From: Actinobacteria bacterium UBA7524
GTDB taxonomy: Bacteria > Actinomycetota > Coriobacteriia > Anaerosomatales > UBA912
Direction of reading: 5' to 3'
DNA length: 20,000 nt
NCBI GenBank assembly: GCA_002478275.1
Contig: DLMY01000036.1
Span: 50,210-70,209, forward strand
The notes beneath the pieces were generated by a model, which worked only from the letters and a program-made list of their open reading frames with translations, was not told the DNA's origin and searched no databases. Shown here piece by piece: positions 1 to 9,245 of this stretch (position 1 is its first letter; every line of letters starts with the position of its first letter). The position numbers and the translations under genes are program-made.

Positions 1-961
1 CGATCGCCTCCTCGGAAGCCACCCGCCACTCGGCGACGAGTCTATCCATGAGTTCGTCCACTGCAGGTATGTCGTCGATCTGAGCCGCGGACATACCGGC
101 GAAGACGAGTCCGGTCTCCACATCTCCAGATTGCGCCCTGAGCAGAGCATCGATGATGCAGTACTCGTTGCCGCACTTCTTCAGACACGCCCTGCAGGAG
201 TCGATCGGAGGATAGTCGCCGGCTGCCAGCGAGCGAGCGAGGGGATTGTCCAAAGCCCGTCCGGGAAGACCCACTGGGCTCTTGACCAGTACGATATCGT
301 CGTCGGTGGCCCGGACGTACATCTGCTTGAACGCTTCCGGGGCCGAGGACTCCTTGGTCGCGGCGAATCTCGAGCCCATCTGGACGCCGACGGCGCCCAT
401 GTCCAATACTCGCTTGATGTCCCGTCCGTTCGCGATACCTCCGGCACCGATGACCGGGACGTCCACGGCCTCCACGATGCGCGGAAGCAGCTCGTCCAGT
501 GTCTCCTGCGTCCCCAGGTGCCCTCCGGCTTCGACACTCTCGACGATCACAGCATCTGCCCCGAAACGCTGTGAGAGTTGCGCCACACGCTCGGATCCCA
601 CTATCGGCACCACTGCGGCGCCTGCCTGGCGGCACCATTCGAACAGGTCTCTTGAGAATCCGGCACCGGCGATGACGAGGTCTATCCCCTCGTCAAGAGC
701 TGTATGCACGAGTTCTCTGAAGGCGCGAACCGCGACCATGATGTTGACGCCGACGATGCCGTCACCGGCGATCTTCCGGGCCGCCCTGATCTCCTCGGCA
801 AGTTCAGATGTGGTAAGACCGGAGCCTGCGATCACCCCGATCCCGCCTGCACGTGCGACTGCACCGGCAAGCGGCGAAAGCGAGATCCGGACGGCCATAC
901 CGCCCTGGATGATGGGCAGACGCGAGGTAAGGCGCCCGATGGACATTGCAGGCATTTCCAC
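1..961 (-). CDS. FabK/nitronate monooxygenase-family flavoprotein with CxxCxxxC-x4-C motif (FabX/UfaA-like); 3' end runs off the window
   Basis: Not in the ORF track. Manual translation from GTG 961 (GAGAGG SD at 971-976) is open for 320 codons to the edge: MEMPAMSIGRLTSRLPIIQGGMAVRIS...VEAGGHLG...GAGGIANG...GVQMGSRF...KSPVGLPGRAL...SCRACLKKCGNEYCIIDAL...GLVFAG. Confidence 0.88.
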   Translation of the reverse strand, partial: MEMPAMSIGRLTSRLPIIQGGMAVRISLSPLAGAVARAGGIGVIAGSGLTTSELAEEIRAARKIAGDGIVGVNIMVAVRAFRELVHTALDEGIDLVIAGAGFSRDLFEWCRQAGAAVVPIVGSERVAQLSQRFGADAVIVESVEAGGHLGTQETLDELLPRIVEAVDVPVIGAGGIANGRDIKRVLDMGAVGVQMGSRFAATKESSAPEAFKQMYVRATDDDIVLVKSPVGLPGRALDNPLARSLAAGDYPPIDSCRACLKKCGNEYCIIDALLRAQSGDVETGLVFAGMSAAQIDDIPAVDELMDRLVAEWRVASEEAI

Positions 962-987
962 GTCAACTATCCTCTCGGATGAACGAA

Positions 988-1022
988 CGGCCGGGCGGGA
1001 CCGAAGTGCCCCCACCCGGCCG
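988..1022 (-). terminator. GC-rich hairpin downstream of acpP (weak terminator or mRNA-stabilising stem)
   Basis: mRNA reads CGGCCGGGUGGG-GGC-AC(UUCG)GU-CCCGCCCGGCCG followed by UUCGUUC: long stem, C(UUCG)G tetraloop, imperfect U tail. Confidence 0.6.
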
Positions 1023-1039
1023 GATATCTCAGTGTCCGA

Positions 1040-1279
1040 TCACGCATTCGCAACGATGAACGCGACCGCATCACCTACGGTCTTGATGTTCTCAGCTTCC
1101 TCGTCGGGAATGGAGATGCCGAACGATTCCTCAAGAGCCATCACCAACTCGACTATGTCGAGCGAGTCGGCACCAAGATCATCGATGAACGATGCCTCTT
1201 CGGTGACGTCATCCTCCTCGACACTGAGCTGGTCGACGATGACTTCTTTGACCTTATCGAAGATCTCCTCGTTTTCCAC
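1040..1279 (-). CDS. acpP: acyl carrier protein
   Basis: [14 protein letters not shown] phosphopantetheine motif; acidic 79-aa protein from GTG 1279; AAGGAGG SD at 1290-1296. Confidence 0.97.
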   Translation of the reverse strand: MENEEIFDKVKEVIVDQLSVEEDDVTEEASFIDDLGADSLDIVELVMALEESFGISIPDEEAENIKTVGDAVAFIVANA

Positions 1280-1338
1280 TACGTGCACACCTCCTTCCCG
1301 TCCGGCGCGATGCCGGTTCAACTCCTCGTGGCGACACT

Positions 1339-2091
1339 TTAGACGAACGTCATGCCCCCGTCGACAGCAAGGACCTGACCGGTGACGTAGCGTGCTGAAT
1401 CAGACGCCAGATAGGCGACCGCAGCCGCCACATCTCCGGGTGTACCGAACCGGCGCATCGCGATCTGGGCGAGCGCCGCTTCGCAAACCGGTTCCGGTAG
1501 GACAGAGGTCATGTCCGTCTCGATGAATCCGGGCGCCACTGCGTTCACACGCACTCCGCGCGGTGCAAGCTCCCTGGCCACAGACTTGGTGAGTCCGATG
1601 ATGCCGGCCTTGGCCGCAGCGTAGTTGGACTGGCCCGCGTTCCCGACGAGCCCGATGACAGAAGCCACGTTGACGATGGCGCCGGAACGCTGTTTCATCA
1701 TGTGTTTGGCTGCAGCGCGGGTGACTGCGAACGCGCCACTGAGATTGGTGCGAATCACATCATTCCAGTCGTCATCAGACATCCGGACGATCAGTCCGTC
1801 ACGAGTGATGCCAGCATTGTTCACAACGATGTCGAGGCGCCCGAATTCGCTCAAAGCGCTGTCGACCAGGGCCGATGCCGACGACATGTCGGAGATGTCG
1901 GCCTGTAATGCCACTGCTCTTCCTCCGGCACTGGTGATCCTGTCCACTACCTCGCGTGCAGCGTCGACGCTGCCCGAGTAGTTGACTGCGACCGCGCCTC
2001 CTCGACGGGCCAACTCCTCACAGACGGCTGCTCCGATTCCTCTGGACCCGCCCGTGACCAGGACACACTTGTCTTCGAAGTCAGCGATCAT
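1339..2091 (-). CDS. fabG: 3-oxoacyl-ACP reductase
   Basis: [21 protein letters not shown] and [13 protein letters not shown] motifs; ATGA overlap with the fabD stop. Confidence 0.96.
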   Translation of the reverse strand: MIADFEDKCVLVTGGSRGIGAAVCEELARRGGAVAVNYSGSVDAAREVVDRITSAGGRAVALQADISDMSSASALVDSALSEFGRLDIVVNNAGITRDGLIVRMSDDDWNDVIRTNLSGAFAVTRAAAKHMMKQRSGAIVNVASVIGLVGNAGQSNYAAAKAGIIGLTKSVARELAPRGVRVNAVAPGFIETDMTSVLPEPVCEAALAQIAMRRFGTPGDVAAAVAYLASDSARYVTGQVLAVDGGMTFV

Positions 2092-3023
2092 GCAACGACC
2101 TCCTCAAGAATCCGCTCCAGGCCCGCCTGTTCGACTGAGACCGCACTCAGACCTTCCATACCGCGTGCGAGTCCGGTCAGGACCGCGCCAGGACCCGACT
2201 CGATGGCAACGACGGGACCTTGGGCGGCGATCGCGGTCATGGTCTCGGTCCACCGGACAGGGGCAGTGATCTGCTGTGCGAGGCGCTGTCTGATGATCCC
2301 TGCGTCGAGCGCCGGTGTGGGTTCGGTGTTCTGATACACCGGGATACGGGCGTCCAGGAACTCGGCTCGATAGACAAGGTCCTCGAAAGCGGAGCGGGCC
2401 GGCTCCATCAGCGGTGAGTGGAATGGTCCGGCCACCTTCAGAGGTACGATACGCCTCGCTCCGGCTCCCATGAGCGCCTCTGTGGCGGATTCGATGCCGG
2501 CGTGGGTGCCGGAGATCACCGTTTGTGAGGGCGAATTGTCGTTCGCGACCCACACGCCTGGCATGTCCTGCAACACCGTGGACACGAGATGGCCCTCCAT
2601 GCCCAACACCGCGCTCATGCCGCCCGGGGTCGCGGAGGCCACTTGTGCCATCAGTCTCGATCGCTCGACGACCAGTTCAAGGCCGGCTTCGATCGAGTAG
2701 ACACCTGCAAGAGCGAGCGCTGCGAGTTCTCCGAGGCTATGACCGGCGAGCGCGACAGGAGCGACACCGGAACCCGTGAGCAAGGTGCCCCAGGCCACAT
2801 CGACAAGGTAGAGCAACGGCTGCGAGACGCGTGTGTCGGCAAGCGCCGCAGGGTCACCGCTGGCTTCATCGGCGATCGCGCGAAGCTCCATCCCTGTCAG
2901 TGCTTCGGCCGCGTCCAGAAGCCGTCGAAAGTCCTCATCTGCAGAAACGCCCTCAAGCATGCCGAGACGCTGCGACCCCTGCCCCGGGAAGAGCAGCACC
3001 GCCGGAAGACGAGACTCATGCAT
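2088..3023 (-). CDS. fabD: malonyl-CoA:ACP transacylase
   Basis: FPGQGSQ, GHSLGE catalytic Ser motif, GPFHSPLM, PVRW. Confidence 0.95.
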   Translation of the reverse strand: MHESRLPAVLLFPGQGSQRLGMLEGVSADEDFRRLLDAAEALTGMELRAIADEASGDPAALADTRVSQPLLYLVDVAWGTLLTGSGVAPVALAGHSLGELAALALAGVYSIEAGLELVVERSRLMAQVASATPGGMSAVLGMEGHLVSTVLQDMPGVWVANDNSPSQTVISGTHAGIESATEALMGAGARRIVPLKVAGPFHSPLMEPARSAFEDLVYRAEFLDARIPVYQNTEPTPALDAGIIRQRLAQQITAPVRWTETMTAIAAQGPVVAIESGPGAVLTGLARGMEGLSAVSVEQAGLERILEEVVA

Positions 3024-3963
3024 CCGGCGACCCCCCGAGAGAGCCGATCACGTTGGCCGCCTCTCGCATCATCTCGTCGATGATCTGACTGGCCGGCTGG
3101 ATCGTACAGACCATGGCAGCGGACTGACCGGCCATGAGCGAGCCCATGTCAAGGTCACCTTCGCGCATGGCTACCGCGAGCTTCCCGCTTCCCAGCTCCT
3201 CGATGTCCTCGGGACGATTCTCCCTGTCCAGCTCCACGATCATCCGGGCGAGCTTGTTCTTGATCACCCGGACCGGATGCCCGGTCGAATACCCGGTAAC
3301 GACAGTGTCGCGGTCCTTCGCTTTGATGATGCGGGCCTTGACGTCCGGATGGATGGTGCATTCCTCGGCGCACATGAAACGAGTGCCGACCTGAACACCC
3401 TCGGCGCCCAAGGCGAATGCCGCCGCAACGCCCCGGCCGTCGGCGATGCCGCCAGCGGCGACCACCGGCACGTCGACCGCGTCGACGAGCTGGGGTGTGA
3501 GCACCATGGTCGTCAGTTCACCGATGTGACCGCCGGCCTCCATCCCTTCGCCGATGATAGCGTCGGCCCCGATCGACTCGAGGCGCTTCGCGAGGGCCAC
3601 GCTCGGCGCGATGGGCAGGACCTTGATCCCCTTGCCCTTGAGGTCCTCCATGTACTTGCCGGGATTGCCCGCACCTGTGGTGACTACGTGGATGCCCTCC
3701 TCGAGCACCATGGCGACGATGTCGTCGATGTGCGGAGTAAGAAGCATGAGGTTCACCCCGAAGGGGCGGTCCGTGAGGGCCTTCGCTTTCCGGATCTGCT
3801 CGCGCAGAAGGTCGGTCGGCATGTGGCCCGCACCGATGATACCGAGACCGCCTCCGTTGCTGACCGCCGCAGCGAGCTCCGCAGTGGCCGTCCAGGCCAT
3901 ACCGCCCTGGATGATCGGATACTCGATGTCGAGAAGCTTCGTCAGCCGAGTCGTGAGTGTCAT
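3016..3963 (-). CDS. fabK: enoyl-ACP reductase II (FabK)
   Basis: YPIIQGGMAW, EGMEAGGHIG, AAGGIADGRG, GVQVGTRF, SLMAGQSA. Start moved to ATG 3963 (GGGAGG SD), 1 nt after the fabH stop. Confidence 0.92.
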   Translation of the reverse strand: MTLTTRLTKLLDIEYPIIQGGMAWTATAELAAAVSNGGGLGIIGAGHMPTDLLREQIRKAKALTDRPFGVNLMLLTPHIDDIVAMVLEEGIHVVTTGAGNPGKYMEDLKGKGIKVLPIAPSVALAKRLESIGADAIIGEGMEAGGHIGELTTMVLTPQLVDAVDVPVVAAGGIADGRGVAAAFALGAEGVQVGTRFMCAEECTIHPDVKARIIKAKDRDTVVTGYSTGHPVRVIKNKLARMIVELDRENRPEDIEELGSGKLAVAMREGDLDMGSLMAGQSAAMVCTIQPASQIIDEMMREAANVIGSLGGSPDA

Positions 3964-3964
3964 G

Positions 3965-4969
3965 TCATGCCTCCCCGTCAGGCGCCGGCCGGGTCCATCG
4001 CACCACTGCCGCACCCCATGTCAGTCCGGCGCCGAAGCCAACCAGAGCCACGTGCGAGCCGGGCGTGAGTCGTCCGCTAGTATACAGGTCATCCAAAGCG
4101 AGAGGTATCGACGCGGCAGACGTGTTCCCCGTACTCTCGAGGTGCGAGAAGACGCGCGCATCAGAGATCGCAAGCCTCTCGGCTACCGTGTTGAGGATGC
4201 GCTGGTTGGCCTGATGCGGAATCAGCCAGTCGACGTCGTCGATGGTGAGACCGGACTGTTCGAGTGCCTCCAGGGTGACCTTGGGGATGACCCTGACGGC
4301 GAACTTGAACACCTCGTTACCGACCATCTTGACGTAGTGCTCCCCTGCCGCGAGGCGTTCCGGGGTCATCGGTGCAGCCGATCCGCCAGCGGGGATGCGC
4401 AGCACATCGGCTCCACCGCCATCGGACCCCAGCACGACGCCCATGACGCCGGGCTCCTCTGCGGCACGCAGCACGACAGCGCCGGCACCATCACCGAACA
4501 GAACGCATGTGCTGCGGTCGGTGAAGTCGACATGCCTCGTCAGCGCATCGGCTCCGATCACCAGCACGGTCGTCGCCCTGCCGGCCTCGATCGAAGCTGT
4601 GGCGCTGCTGAGCGCGTAGATGAAGCCAGTGCACGCGGCCATCACGTCGTACGCGGGGCATGTGGCACCCAACTTCTTCTGGGTGAGGCACGCCGTCGAG
4701 GGGAATACGTGATCGGGGCTGGACGTTCCGACTACAAGCATATCGAGGTCCGATGGCACGAGACCGGCGTCCTCCAGTGCGCGAAGCCCTGCGGCCACGG
4801 CCAGGTCACTCGTAGCCTGACCGGGGGCGGCGAGTCGGCGTTCGCGTATGCCACTGCGCGTCACGATCCACTCGTCGGAAGTGTCCACCATGCCCTCAAG
4901 TTCCGCATTGGTCATGATGCGCTCAGGCAGATATGATCCGATGCCGACGATCTCGGCATGTCGCTTCAT
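3965..4969 (-). CDS. fabH: 3-oxoacyl-ACP synthase III
   Basis: Catalytic triad motifs AACTGF (Cys), PHQAN (His) and GNTSAAS (Asn); GFGAGLTWG. Start ATG 4969 with AAGGAG SD. Confidence 0.96.
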   Translation of the reverse strand: MKRHAEIVGIGSYLPERIMTNAELEGMVDTSDEWIVTRSGIRERRLAAPGQATSDLAVAAGLRALEDAGLVPSDLDMLVVGTSSPDHVFPSTACLTQKKLGATCPAYDVMAACTGFIYALSSATASIEAGRATTVLVIGADALTRHVDFTDRSTCVLFGDGAGAVVLRAAEEPGVMGVVLGSDGGGADVLRIPAGGSAAPMTPERLAAGEHYVKMVGNEVFKFAVRVIPKVTLEALEQSGLTIDDVDWLIPHQANQRILNTVAERLAISDARVFSHLESTGNTSAASIPLALDDLYTSGRLTPGSHVALVGFGAGLTWGAAVVRWTRPAPDGEA

Positions 4970-4973
4970 GCGT

Positions 4974-5024
4974 GATGTCTCCTTGATCGAGTCGATGTCC
5001 TCGGAGCGATGTCCGAGTAGTGTA
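4974..5024 (-). promoter_or_regulatory. possible internal promoter (-10 TACACT) and operator-like repeats upstream of fabH
   Basis: TACACT at 5019-5024 on the minus strand; CTCGGA-N6-TCCGAG inverted repeat; three GACATC copies. No good -35. Confidence 0.3.
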
Positions 5025-5030
5025 CACGCC

Positions 5031-6023
5031 TCAGACCGCTTGGGATATGCGCCCCGTGAGGTCTGCCCTGACAGCGGTGGCTGCGACATCGAGTGCAGCT
5101 GCCACCGCACGGTCGCTCGATGAACCGTGGCCGATGATACAAACGCCGTTGACGCCCAGTAGCGGCGCACCGCCGTAGGTGTCCGGGTTCAAACGGTCTT
5201 TGAGCCGTGCGAGGGACGGGCGGGTAAGTGCTGCAGCCAGCGAAGTGACGACGTTAGCCGTCAACGCCTCCTTCACCTGGCCAAGCAAGGTGGCACTGAC
5301 CCCTTCCAGCACCTTGAGCACGACGTTGCCGGTGAAACCATCGGTGACGATGACGTCGGCCACGCCCGCCGTCACATCCCTTCCCTCGACGTTGCCCATG
5401 AATCCGGCGACCTGGTTGGCCATGAGCCCGTGGGCCTCGACAGCCAGCTGGGAGCCCTTGCTCGGCTCTTCGCCGATATTGAGCAGGGCGATGCGGGGAG
5501 CTGATACGCCAAGAACCGTCTCGGCGTACAGGGCGCCCATGCGCGCGAACTGAACCAGGTACTCGGGCTTGCAGTCAGCGTTGGCCCCTACGTCCAGGAG
5601 CACCACCGGTGCGCCGACCGTGGGGATGATGGTTGCGATAGCAGGTCTATGGATCCCGTCGACCCTACCCATGGTGAGCGTAGCGGCTGCCATGCAGGCA
5701 CCGGTGTTGCCTGCCGAGAAGAAGGCGTCCGCAGCACCTTCTCTCACCAGACGGCAGCCCACGACGATCGAGGAGTCCTTCTTCGCTCGGACCGATTGCG
5801 CGGCGGGCTCAGCCATACCGATCGACTCATGCGCCACCACAGGTTCGCAGCGGTCGTGAGCGGCGGCGTACGGTTCGACGACGGCTGCCGGGCCGACCAG
5901 GCACACGTGCAGCGCGGGGTCGGCTTCAAGCGCACTCTCGACCCCGCCGAGGACCGTTCCAGGGGCCCTGTCTCCTCCGATGGCATCGACGGCGACCCTT
6001 ACAGTACCCGCGTGCGTCATCAT
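5031..6023 (-). CDS. plsX: phosphate acyltransferase PlsX
   Basis: VAVDAIGGD, SAGNTGA, RPAIA, LDVGAN, LLNIGEE, DGFTGNV, GGAPLLGV, GHGSS. Start is ATG 6023 or 6020. Confidence 0.96.
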   Translation of the reverse strand: MMTHAGTVRVAVDAIGGDRAPGTVLGGVESALEADPALHVCLVGPAAVVEPYAAAHDRCEPVVAHESIGMAEPAAQSVRAKKDSSIVVGCRLVREGAADAFFSAGNTGACMAAATLTMGRVDGIHRPAIATIIPTVGAPVVLLDVGANADCKPEYLVQFARMGALYAETVLGVSAPRIALLNIGEEPSKGSQLAVEAHGLMANQVAGFMGNVEGRDVTAGVADVIVTDGFTGNVVLKVLEGVSATLLGQVKEALTANVVTSLAAALTRPSLARLKDRLNPDTYGGAPLLGVNGVCIIGHGSSSDRAVAAALDVAATAVRADLTGRISQAV

Positions 6024-6042
6024 TCTCCCTTTAGGTGGACCG

Positions 6043-7110
6043 TCATGCGACGCCGAACTGGTCGGCCAGTAGCCCCTGTGTGTCCACAGAGGCCATGAAC
6101 ATCTCGCGCATTCTATCAGCCTTTGCCGGATCATGTAGCCTTACCCTGCCGAGGAGACCCTCCATCTTCTCCACGGCGGTGAGAGTATCCATCCCGACGA
6201 GCACCATCGGGACCCCGATCTCCTCGGCACGTGCGAGTACGAGACTCGATGGAGACAGGTTTCCCGTCAGTACGATGCAATTGGTGTCGGTCTCGAGCGC
6301 GGCGAGCTGGACGTCGGAGCGGTCCCCGCCTGTGATGACCGCCTTGCGGGCCTTGCGCCGGAAGAAGCGCAACGCCTTGTCCTGCCCCATCGCGCCTACC
6401 ATGAAGGACTCCACAGGGACGTTGACGTGTTGTTCGGCTGCCAGGACCGTTCCCTGGAGAGCCTCAACGATCTCCGCGACAGTGACGGAGGAGAGCAGCG
6501 GGTCGTGCGGGATGGCCCCGTATACCCTGACGTCGCGCTTGCACAGATACGAGGATATCTCGTTCTCGAAGAACCCGAGAATGGATTCGGGTACGGCGTT
6601 GAAGACGACTCCTCCCAATGCTTCCCCGAGACAATCAAGGCTCCACAGTATCGCGTCGGGCAGATCCACTTGCGTGGGGCGGTCGACGAGTAGAACGCGG
6701 CCATCGAGTAACTCAGCGAGTGAACAGAGGTTCACACCGAGCGCCGATCCTTGCGATATGTCGCTGGGGCCTTCAACGATCATGAACTCCGCATCCTGGG
6801 ATGCGCGTGAGAAGGCCGAGCGTACCTTCGGCAGCATGGACTCGGCGCGCCCTGTGAGGACCTCCTCGACCATGATCCGGGATTCGACGATGGGGCAGAC
6901 GGCTTCCAGTGGTACGGTCGCGGTCGAGTGCGACCGGATGAAAGCGGCGTCCTGGTCGGTCAGAACGCCGTCGATGGTGACCGGCATCGTCCCGTACGGC
7001 TTGAAGTAGCCGACTCGTGCTCCCCGTGAAGCGAGCATCGCCTGTAAGACGAGACAGATGCCGCTCTTTCCTGAATAGGGACGCGTGGACGACACTATCA
7101 AAGTCTTCAT
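6043..7110 (-). CDS. stand-alone Pta N-terminal-like protein (BioD-like P-loop domain + DRTGG domain), no Pta catalytic domain
   Basis: YSGKS P-loop, GYFKP, IVEG, ITGGDRSD, VLTGN motifs; 355 aa; ATGA overlap with the ACD stop. Confidence 0.88.
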   Translation of the reverse strand: MKTLIVSSTRPYSGKSGICLVLQAMLASRGARVGYFKPYGTMPVTIDGVLTDQDAAFIRSHSTATVPLEAVCPIVESRIMVEEVLTGRAESMLPKVRSAFSRASQDAEFMIVEGPSDISQGSALGVNLCSLAELLDGRVLLVDRPTQVDLPDAILWSLDCLGEALGGVVFNAVPESILGFFENEISSYLCKRDVRVYGAIPHDPLLSSVTVAEIVEALQGTVLAAEQHVNVPVESFMVGAMGQDKALRFFRRKARKAVITGGDRSDVQLAALETDTNCIVLTGNLSPSSLVLARAEEIGVPMVLVGMDTLTAVEKMEGLLGRVRLHDPAKADRMREMFMASVDTQGLLADQFGVA

Positions 7111-9206
7111 CTCGAGCCTCCGATACCGATCCTGATGTCAGCAGCGACTGAACCCTGACCGGCATCGCCGACGATCAGGGGGTTGATGTCCAACTCGACG
7201 ACCTGTGGGAATTCGGTTACCAGTGCGGACACAGCCACGATCGCGTCCACGATCGAGTCGATGTCGGCCGACGGACGCCCTCGCACCCCACGGAGGATCC
7301 CGTACGAGCGGATCTCCGTGATCATGTTGGCCGCCTCGCGTGGAGTCACCGGACACAGTCTGAACGTGACGTCCTTGAGCACTTCTACGCCTATGCCGCC
7401 CGAACCGAACATCAGGACGGGTCCGAAGGTCGGGTCGCGGTCGACCCCGATGATCACCTCACGCCCCCGGGAGACGAACTCCTGCAGATGCAGGCCCTCC
7501 ACATGAGCATCCGGCGCATACGACCGCGCTCGCGACATGATGTGGTCGTATGCTTCGAGCAACTCCTTGTCGCTGGTGATCCCTGTGCGTACGCCGCCGA
7601 CATCCGTCTTGTGCAAGATATCAGGACTGGCGATCTTGGCTACAAGGGGGTACCCGAGCTCCCCGGCAAGACGCAGAGCTGCGCTGTGGTCGGCAGCTAC
7701 TCCTTCCCGGGGAACCGTGATCCCGTACGCTGCTGCGATGCGAGACGCCGCATGCTCGGTCACGAAAGCATGGTTCGATGCGCGAGCCTCCTGAAGTATC
7801 GCCGAGACTGTCGCTTTGTCTGCATGGCGGTCCGGATGCGAAGTGCGATCCTGCACGCGGTGACTCATGTAGGCATTCATTCCGGCGAGCACGTCTACCG
7901 CGCGTTCCGGAAACGGGAAGTTGGGCACGTCTGCTGTGGCGAGCACGTCCAATGCGCCGCCCAGACTCTTCCCGCCCATGAAGCAGGAGAAGAAGGTCTT
8001 GTCAGATAGCACGGCTACCTCTGCGATCGCTTCTGCGATCCCTTCTGGCGCGGTCATGGCTTGCGGGGTCACGATACACAACAGACTGCCGACCCCGGGG
8101 TCATCTGCAACGATCCTGAGGACATCACGGTAGAGAGCGGGCTGCGCATCTCCCAGGATGTCGACGGGGTTGTAGAGAGCCGCTGCAGCCGGAGCTATCG
8201 CCCGGATCGCTTCGATGGTCTCGTGCTCGAACGAGGCCAGGGCGACTTCGTGCTCCTCGCATGAATCGGTGGCTATGACAGCAGGTCCGCCTGCGTTGGT
8301 GATGATTGCCAGACCGCCCGTGCCAGGGAGCGGTTGGCGAGAGAACGCGGATGCCAGGTCGAAGAGATGCTCGACGCTGTGGGCCTTGACGAACCCGGCC
8401 TTGAGGAATGCAGCGTCGTAGGCAGCCCGCGAACCCGCGAGACTGCCGGTATGTGATGAGACCGCTCGCGCGCCTGCATCCGATGTCCCGGATTTCAAGA
8501 CGACGGTTGGCTTGGTAGCGAGCACCTTGCGGGCGACTTCGAGAAGCCGCGCACCCTCGGCAACGGACTCGACGTACAGGGCGATGACACGGGTCCGGGG
8601 GTCCTGAGCGCAGGCATCGAGCAGATCGGCCTCGTCGATGTCTGCCCTGTTCCCGAGCGAAACGAAATGGGACAGCCCGATCCTCTCAGAAGCCGCCCAG
8701 TCGAGAATCGCCGTACCCAGGGCGCCGGACTGAGAGATGAACGCGACTCCGCCCTCGGGGGGCATCGTCGCCGAAAACGATGCGTTCATGCGCGAGTGAG
8801 TGGACAGGAGCCCGAGACAATTCGGTCCGAGTATCCGGACTCCGCCTTTGAGCGCCGTGGCAACGATCTCGCGCTCGAGTGCCGCACCGTCCGGCCCACT
8901 CTCCTTGAAGCCTGCGGTGATGATGACTGCGGTCGGTACTTGCGCGGCTGCGCAATCTTCGATCACAGAGCCGACCTTCGCCGAAGGAACGGCGATGACC
9001 GCGAGATCGGGTCGCTCGGGAATCGCCCGGACGTCCGGGTAGCACGTCACGCCATGTATCTCGCTGGCCTTGGGGTTCACGGGATAGATGGCTCCCGGGT
9101 ATCCGCCGCTGCGAAGGTTGTCGAATATGAAGTGGCCGACCTTGCCCTCTTCGCGGGCAACGCCGACCACGGCTATGGATCTAGGTGCGAACAGCTCGTC
9201 GAGCAA
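7107..9206 (-). CDS. acetate/acyl-CoA ligase (ADP-forming), fused alpha-beta ACD
   Basis: LFAPRSIAVVG, YPVNP, GPNCLG, SQSGALG, SHTGSLAG (phospho-His), NAGGP, NPVDILGDA, ATP-grasp HKTDVGGV, ELDINP. 699 aa with no GNAT domain. Confidence 0.92.
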   Translation of the reverse strand: MLDELFAPRSIAVVGVAREEGKVGHFIFDNLRSGGYPGAIYPVNPKASEIHGVTCYPDVRAIPERPDLAVIAVPSAKVGSVIEDCAAAQVPTAVIITAGFKESGPDGAALEREIVATALKGGVRILGPNCLGLLSTHSRMNASFSATMPPEGGVAFISQSGALGTAILDWAASERIGLSHFVSLGNRADIDEADLLDACAQDPRTRVIALYVESVAEGARLLEVARKVLATKPTVVLKSGTSDAGARAVSSHTGSLAGSRAAYDAAFLKAGFVKAHSVEHLFDLASAFSRQPLPGTGGLAIITNAGGPAVIATDSCEEHEVALASFEHETIEAIRAIAPAAAALYNPVDILGDAQPALYRDVLRIVADDPGVGSLLCIVTPQAMTAPEGIAEAIAEVAVLSDKTFFSCFMGGKSLGGALDVLATADVPNFPFPERAVDVLAGMNAYMSHRVQDRTSHPDRHADKATVSAILQEARASNHAFVTEHAASRIAAAYGITVPREGVAADHSAALRLAGELGYPLVAKIASPDILHKTDVGGVRTGITSDKELLEAYDHIMSRARSYAPDAHVEGLHLQEFVSRGREVIIGVDRDPTFGPVLMFGSGGIGVEVLKDVTFRLCPVTPREAANMITEIRSYGILRGVRGRPSADIDSIVDAIVAVSALVTEFPQVVELDINPLIVGDAGQGSVAADIRIGIGGSR

Positions 9207-9245
9207 CCCTGGACGCCCTTCCCTGGTGCCGACATAAGATATGCG

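Noticed and set aside
6043..7110. Calling this gene pta or bioD
   Set aside because: It lacks the Pta catalytic domain, has a DRTGG domain absent from BioD, and there is no bio gene context.
7107..9206. Protein lysine acetyltransferase (PatZ/Pat) assignment
   Set aside because: No GNAT domain, and the catalytic His in SHTGS is retained, which fits an ADP-forming ligase.
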